Assembly: GCA_965116695.1 (NCBI GenBank)
Contig: OZ220706.1
Span: forward strand, 706,415-770,414
Reading direction: 5' to 3'
DNA: 64,000 nt
Origin: Acidobacteriota bacterium
Lineage (GTDB): Bacteria; Acidobacteriota; UBA6911; RPQK01; JAJDTT01
Below the pieces are notes generated by a model, which saw only the letters and a list, made by a program, of their open reading frames with translations, did not search any database and was not told where the DNA came from. A program made the position numbers and the translations under genes. Shown in pieces: positions 58,998-64,000 of this stretch. Position 1 is the first letter of the stretch. Each line of letters starts with the position of its first letter.

Positions 58998-60200
58998 TCA
59001 GGATCCCCGCACGTCGGGAAACTTGAACACGGTCCGCGACTCGTAGGTCTCACCCGGCCTCAGGATCGTGGAGGGGAACTCGGGCCGGTTGGGTGAATCC
59101 GGGTAATGCTGGGTTTCCAGGCAGAAGCCGGAGCGGCGCTCGTAGACGCGTCCGCCCTTGCCGGTGAGCGTCCCGTCCAGAAAGTTGCCGGTGTAGAGCT
59201 GGACGCCGGGCTCGGTCGTGTACACTTCCATGACGCGTCCCGTCACCGGTTCCCGCACTCTTGCCGCCAGCGACGGACCCTCGTCCGCCTGGTTCAAGAC
59301 GAAATTGTGGTCGTACCCGCCCCCGACTTGGATCTGCTCATAGGAGGAATTGATTCGCGCTCCGATGGGCATCTCGGTCCTGAAGTCGAAGGGCGTGTCC
59401 TCCACCGGCCGGATCTCCCCCGTGGGGATGAGTTCGGCATCGTTGGGAGTGAATGCAGCGGCGTTCAACTCCAGGAGATGCCTCAGAACGTTTCCCGTCC
59501 CCTGACCCGCCAGGTTGAAGTACGAATGTTGCGTCAGGTTGATGGGCGTGGCCCGGTCCGTGGTGGCGCGGTAGTCGCAGACCAGTTCGTTGTCTCCGGT
59601 CAGCGTGTAGGTCACCTGGACGTCCAACGTGCCGGGGTATCCTTCCTCTCCGTCCGCGCTGGTGTACTCGAGGAGGATGCCGACTCCGTTTTCGTCCTCC
59701 ACCGGCCGGTCCCGCCAGACCACCTTGTCGAATCCCTTGATCCCTCCGTGGATGTGGTTGTTCCCGTTGTTCCGGGCCAATCTGTACTCGACTCCGTCCA
59801 GCGTGAATCGGCCGTTGGATATGCGGTTGGCATAGCGTCCCACCAGGGTCCCGAAATAGGGATGTTTGGCGAGATAGCCTTCCAGCGAGTCGAATCCCAG
59901 GACGATGTCGTCGAAATTGCCGTCCCGGTCCGGGGTCCGCAGTGACACAATGATGCCGCCGTAAGTGATGATCCGGACCTCGATGCCGGCGGAATTCGTC
60001 AAGGTGTGAATCCGGACGGTCTCGCCGTCAGGAGTGGTCCCGAAGTCGGCGGAGGACAGGCTCGGAGAAAAAAGGGGTTCGGGCTCCATGGTTTCCTTCG
60101 ATTCGTCAGGCGGCGGGCCACAGGAAAGGCTCCCGGCAAGGACCATCAGAGAGACAGTTCCCGCGACCACGGAGCAGCATCCGCTCTTGATGGCATCCAT
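58998..60200 (-). CDS. galM: Aldose 1-epimerase (galactose mutarotase), secreted/lipoprotein-like
   Basis: HPYFGTLVGRYANRI...NGNNHIHGG mutarotase signature; start chosen at the internal Met preceding a signal-like segment. Confidence 0.8.
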   Translation of the reverse strand: MDAIKSGCCSVVAGTVSLMVLAGSLSCGPPPDESKETMEPEPLFSPSLSSADFGTTPDGETVRIHTLTNSAGIEVRIITYGGIIVSLRTPDRDGNFDDIVLGFDSLEGYLAKHPYFGTLVGRYANRISNGRFTLDGVEYRLARNNGNNHIHGGIKGFDKVVWRDRPVEDENGVGILLEYTSADGEEGYPGTLDVQVTYTLTGDNELVCDYRATTDRATPINLTQHSYFNLAGQGTGNVLRHLLELNAAAFTPNDAELIPTGEIRPVEDTPFDFRTEMPIGARINSSYEQIQVGGGYDHNFVLNQADEGPSLAARVREPVTGRVMEVYTTEPGVQLYTGNFLDGTLTGKGGRVYERRSGFCLETQHYPDSPNRPEFPSTILRPGETYESRTVFKFPDVRGS

Positions 60201-60392
60201 CTTTCCCTCCCCGCGATTCCGCGAAAAAAGCCGCTCCCATTGGGTTGGACTACACAGCATCGAGACCCTAACCGAACACCCGCGGCAGCGCAAACCGGCG
60301 CTGCCGGGATCTCGTGCAAGTTACTGATTCAGCATCGGCAAAGTGCGTCGAAGACAGGAAGATATGCTATCGTTTGGGCGCGGGTACGAAAC

Positions 60393-63300
60393 GTGCTGAT
60401 TCCCTGTACCATCGCGACTCCGAACCTCGGGCTTCGCCTGTTGGCCGGTCTTTTCCTGCTGCCCTTCCTGGTCCTTTCCAACGGCCGATTCCTCCTCCCG
60501 GCGCCGTCCGGCTCCAAGGCCGACCGCGAATCCATGGAATTCTTCGAAACCAAGGTCCGGCCGCTCCTGATCGAGAACTGCTACTCCTGTCACGGCGACA
60601 AGCAGCAGCTCTCCTCACTCAGAGTCGATTCCCGTGATGCCCTCCTGAAGGGCGGCCTCCGGGGGACGGCTCTGATTCCCGGCGACCCGGACCGGAGCCT
60701 CATGATCCAGGCCGTCCGCCATCAGGACCTGAAGATGCCCCTGGGCCGCATGCTGGCCGATGCCGAGATCGGTCATCTGGAGAGCTGGGTCCGGATGGGA
60801 GCTCCATGGCCCGCCGGTCCGGACGTGACCGAAGAGCCTGATTTTTACGCCCGCCTGACCCGGGAGCACTGGGCCTTCCAGCCGATCGCCGATCCCGATC
60901 CTCCCCGGGTGGAGCATGAGAGTTGGTCTCGCACCCCCGTCGATCGTTTTCTTCTGGCGGCGCTCCGCGAGGAAGGTTTGGAGCCGGCGGAACGGACCGA
61001 CGTTCGCACCCTGGCCCGCCGCCTCAGTTTCTCGGTCGTGGGACTGCCGCCGGACCCGGCCAGCGTCGCCGAGTTGCTCCGGGATCCGTCCGAGAGTGGC
61101 TACGCCGGCTACGTGGACCGCCTGCTGGATTCTCCCCATTTCGGTGAGCACTGGGCCCGGCACTGGATGGACGTGGTGCGCTTCGCCGAGACCTACGGCT
61201 ACGAGTGGAACTACATCGTCAAGGGAGCCTGGCGCTACCGCGACTACCTGATCCGCGCCTTCAACCAGGACGTCCCCTACGACCAACTGGTGCGGGAACA
61301 TGTGGCCGGCGACCTGCTGGAGATTCCCCGGGTCAACGCGTCGTTGGGCATCAACGAGTCGGCCACCGGTTCCGCCTTTCTGCTCATGGGCGAGATGGGG
61401 CACGACGACTGCATCGAGTTCCGCGAGATCCGCACCGACGTGGTGGACGACCAGATCGACACCCTGACCCGGGCGTTCCAGGGACTTTCCGTGGCCTGCG
61501 CCCGCTGCCACGATCACAAGCTGGATCCGATTCCCATCGAGGACTATTACGCCCTCTACGGGATCCTGAACAGCGCCCGTCCGGTGACCAGCACCCTGGA
61601 CACGGGTGGATCCCAGTCTCCCCTGATGCAGCGATTGCGGGCCCTGAAGCCGCAGATCCGCTCGGAGCTGGCCGCCGCCTGGTTGAAACAGGTCGAGGAG
61701 ATTCCGGCGTACCTCCTGGCCGCGCAGGCTCCAGTCGATCCGATGTCGGCGAATGCCGCCCCGGACCTTCAGCCTCAACGCCTGGAACGCTGGATCCAGG
61801 CGCTCCAGAGGGAGAGCGTGGACCCTGAGAGTTTCCTCTACCCCTGGTCGATCGTCACCTGCGAGGTGGGCCTGGCGCCGGAACGATTCCAGGAACTGTG
61901 GGAGCGGGCGGCGCCGGAACACCTGAAGGAGATCCGCGACCGCCAAGCCTACAACCGGGAGAACTTTACTTCCCTGCCTCTGAGCGACTGGCACCCCGAG
62001 GGGGTGGGACTGCTCGAAGGCCGATCGGCAGACGGAGAATTCATCCTGGCCGCCGAGGGGCCGGCCGCGGTCCACGGCGTCTATCCGTCGGGGATCTACA
62101 CCCACGCCCTATCGGAACGGCTCAACGGGGCGCTTCGGTCTCCCTATCTGCCCAAGGAAAAGAAATACCTCAGCCTCCAGGTCATGGGAGGAATGCTGGG
62201 TGGGCGCCGGGCGGTGGTGGACAACTGCATGCTGGGCGAGGGCGTCGAGGTCTTCGACAGCGCGGACCTGATTTGGGAAAAGGTTTCGACGCTCCAGGAC
62301 AAAGAGCGATTCCCGGTCTACGTCGAGTTGGTCACCAAGACCAGCAATCCCCGGCTCCCGGATCGGCCCAAGAGGATCAAGGGATTCACCGAGGAGAAGA
62401 TGGCGGCGCCCGGATCCTATTTCGGAATCGCCCGGGCCATGTTCCACGACGTGGAGGATCCTCCTCGCGAGGACCTTTCCCACCTGTCGCCCCTGTTTCG
62501 GGACCCGGCTCCGCAAGATCCCCCGGAGGCCGCCCGGCGCTACGCCGAGAGAAGCCGCGAGGCGATGGAGGCCTGGTCCCGGGGAACATCCAACGAGAAC
62601 GACGTTCGGTGGATCCATTGGCTCATCACGAATCACCTGGTGGACAATTCCGTCGATCTCACCCCCAGGCTGTCGGAGTTGATTTCCGAATACAGGGCCA
62701 TCGAATCCCGTCTCACCCAGCCCCAGACCATCAACTCGCTGCTGGATATGGGGTCGGGACGGGACTATTCGTTGCTGCAGAGGGGTGATGCCGAAAATCC
62801 GGGCGATCCCGTGCCTCGCCGCTATCTGACCGTGCTCACCGGCGGCCGGACCCTGGAAACGAACGGAAGCGGCCGGCGGGAGCTGGCGGAGCTCATCGCC
62901 TCCCCGCAGAACCCCCTCACCGCCCGGGTCATGGTCAACCGGGTCTGGAACTACCTCTTCGGACGGGGCCTGGTGGGCACCATCAACGACTTCGGCAACT
63001 TTGGCGAGCGTCCCTCCCATGGCCGGCTGCTCGACCATCTGGCAAGGCAGTTCATCGCCGACGGCTGGTCACTGAAGCGGTTGGTCCGGCGGCTGGTCCT
63101 CACTCAGGCCTTCCAGCAGTCGAGCCGGACGTCCGAGGCGGCCTTCCGGATCGACCCGGAGAACCGCCTCCTGCACCATTACCCGGTCCGGCGCTTGGAG
63201 GCCGAGGCCATACGCGACTCGATCCTGGCCACTTCGGGGCGTATCGATCCCTTGCGTTACGGCCCCAGCGTCGAACCCTATCGGCTGAAGACCAAGGAGT

Positions 63301-63746
63301 ACCGCAAGCTCCACGCCGGTCCGTTGGACGGACACGGACGCCGCAGCGTCTACTTGCGCGTGACCCGCATGGAGGGTCCCCGATTCCTGGAACTGTTCGA
63401 TTTTCCCGTCCCCTCCGTTTCCCGTGGGCGCCGGGACGTGACGAACGTCCCCTCCCAGGCCCTGGCCATGCTCAACGATCCGTTCGTGATCCAACAGTCG
63501 GCCTACTGGGCCGAACGTCTCTTGGAACAGGAGGACGGAACGCTCCGGGAACGCTTGGAACGAATGTTCGTGCGGGCGTTTTCCAGGCCTCCGAGCCCCG
63601 GCGAAGTGGCCCGGTTCGGAGAGCTGACCCGGAGTCTGGGGCGCTTGTATCGAGTCCCGCAAGAGCATATCCTGACCAGCAAAGAGATCTGGAAGGACGT
63701 GGCCCACAGTCTCTTCAACACGAAAGAGTTCATCTACCTGAGGTGA
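60393..63746 (+). CDS. PSCyt1/PSCyt2/PSD1 (DUF1549/DUF1553) secreted protein, module 3 (largest)
   Basis: CYSCHG, CARCHDHKLDPI; start probably GTG at 60393 preceding a hydrophobic signal segment; the annotated ORF extension to 60006 overlaps galM. Confidence 0.75.
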   Translation: MLIPCTIATPNLGLRLLAGLFLLPFLVLSNGRFLLPAPSGSKADRESMEFFETKVRPLLIENCYSCHGDKQQLSSLRVDSRDALLKGGLRGTALIPGDPDRSLMIQAVRHQDLKMPLGRMLADAEIGHLESWVRMGAPWPAGPDVTEEPDFYARLTREHWAFQPIADPDPPRVEHESWSRTPVDRFLLAALREEGLEPAERTDVRTLARRLSFSVVGLPPDPASVAELLRDPSESGYAGYVDRLLDSPHFGEHWARHWMDVVRFAETYGYEWNYIVKGAWRYRDYLIRAFNQDVPYDQLVREHVAGDLLEIPRVNASLGINESATGSAFLLMGEMGHDDCIEFREIRTDVVDDQIDTLTRAFQGLSVACARCHDHKLDPIPIEDYYALYGILNSARPVTSTLDTGGSQSPLMQRLRALKPQIRSELAAAWLKQVEEIPAYLLAAQAPVDPMSANAAPDLQPQRLERWIQALQRESVDPESFLYPWSIVTCEVGLAPERFQELWERAAPEHLKEIRDRQAYNRENFTSLPLSDWHPEGVGLLEGRSADGEFILAAEGPAAVHGVYPSGIYTHALSERLNGALRSPYLPKEKKYLSLQVMGGMLGGRRAVVDNCMLGEGVEVFDSADLIWEKVSTLQDKERFPVYVELVTKTSNPRLPDRPKRIKGFTEEKMAAPGSYFGIARAMFHDVEDPPREDLSHLSPLFRDPAPQDPPEAARRYAERSREAMEAWSRGTSNENDVRWIHWLITNHLVDNSVDLTPRLSELISEYRAIESRLTQPQTINSLLDMGSGRDYSLLQRGDAENPGDPVPRRYLTVLTGGRTLETNGSGRRELAELIASPQNPLTARVMVNRVWNYLFGRGLVGTINDFGNFGERPSHGRLLDHLARQFIADGWSLKRLVRRLVLTQAFQQSSRTSEAAFRIDPENRLLHHYPVRRLEAEAIRDSILATSGRIDPLRYGPSVEPYRLKTKEYRKLHAGPLDGHGRRSVYLRVTRMEGPRFLELFDFPVPSVSRGRRDVTNVPSQALAMLNDPFVIQQSAYWAERLLEQEDGTLRERLERMFVRAFSRPPSPGEVARFGELTRSLGRLYRVPQEHILTSKEIWKDVAHSLFNTKEFIYLR

Positions 63747-63750
63747 TGCC

Positions 63751-64000
63751 ATGACCCAGCGAAACAAGGAACAAGGCGTTTGTCCGGGTTGCCTCGGCGC
63801 TCCGCTGACGCGGCGTCAGATGCTGTCATTGAGCGCCAACGGGTTTGGATTGACCGCCCTGTCCGCCCTCATGGCTGAAGACGCCTACGCTGGCCTGGTC
63901 CCGGCTCCACCCACCCACTTCGAGCCCAAGGTCAAGAACGTCATCCTCTGCTTCATGCCCGGAGGTGTCTCGCAGATGGACACCTTCGATCCCAAACCCA
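63751..64000 (+). CDS. DUF1501 family protein, module 3 (3' end beyond the window)
   Basis: RRQMLSLSANGFG Tat motif; LCFMPGGVSQMDTFDPKP; starts 5 nt after the upstream stop. Confidence 0.75.
   Translation, partial: MTQRNKEQGVCPGCLGAPLTRRQMLSLSANGFGLTALSALMAEDAYAGLVPAPPTHFEPKVKNVILCFMPGGVSQMDTFDPKP

Overview
This is a 64-kb, high-GC (about 62-65%) chromosomal window from a Planctomycetota-, Verrucomicrobiota- or Acidobacteriota-type bacterium; the sequence alone does not separate these phyla. No rRNA, tRNA, CRISPR array, transposase or integrase gene was seen. Content: (1) Three complete two-gene modules of a large secreted PSCyt/PSD protein (DUF1549/DUF1553, N-terminal CxxCH) followed by a Tat-signal DUF1501 protein, plus the start of a fourth DUF1501, and one PSD-type (DUF1585/1587/1588/1592/1595) and DUF1552 pair. 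(2) An FG-GAP beta-propeller protein and a CRTAC1-like FG-GAP/ASPIC-UnbV/thioredoxin gene that is split by a single in-frame TGA. (3) Four paralogues (one truncated) of a secreted GH32/GH43-like beta-propeller family with a conserved LFVDDxLI motif. (4) Housekeeping or sugar-acid genes: AzgA-type purine permease, LplT-Aas fusion, cyclase, HpcH aldolase, HD-domain protein, GcvT-like protein, two enolase-superfamily enzymes, class II aldolase, Gfo/Idh/MocA oxidoreductase, NRAMP transporter, galactose mutarotase, B12-radical SAM, PA0069-type radical SAM, SAM methyltransferase, PQQ-like propeller. (5) An accessory patch at about 29.65-37.15 kb: an AT-rich promoter island with two Fur-box-like palindromes, then an outer-membrane porin, imelysin and DUF1111 di-haem peroxidase operon, then a truncated duplicate of the 3' half of the gene at 27132-29642, then a 48%-GC island with one ChaC-like gene. 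The most novel signals are non-coding: a dispersed family of G/C-arm hairpin elements with a TTTCCT-type pyrimidine loop that occur singly or as tandem arrays (up to 9 copies of a 29-bp unit), and a 180-bp repeat with an internal 85-bp palindrome that occurs twice plus one half-copy, each time in a divergent promoter region.
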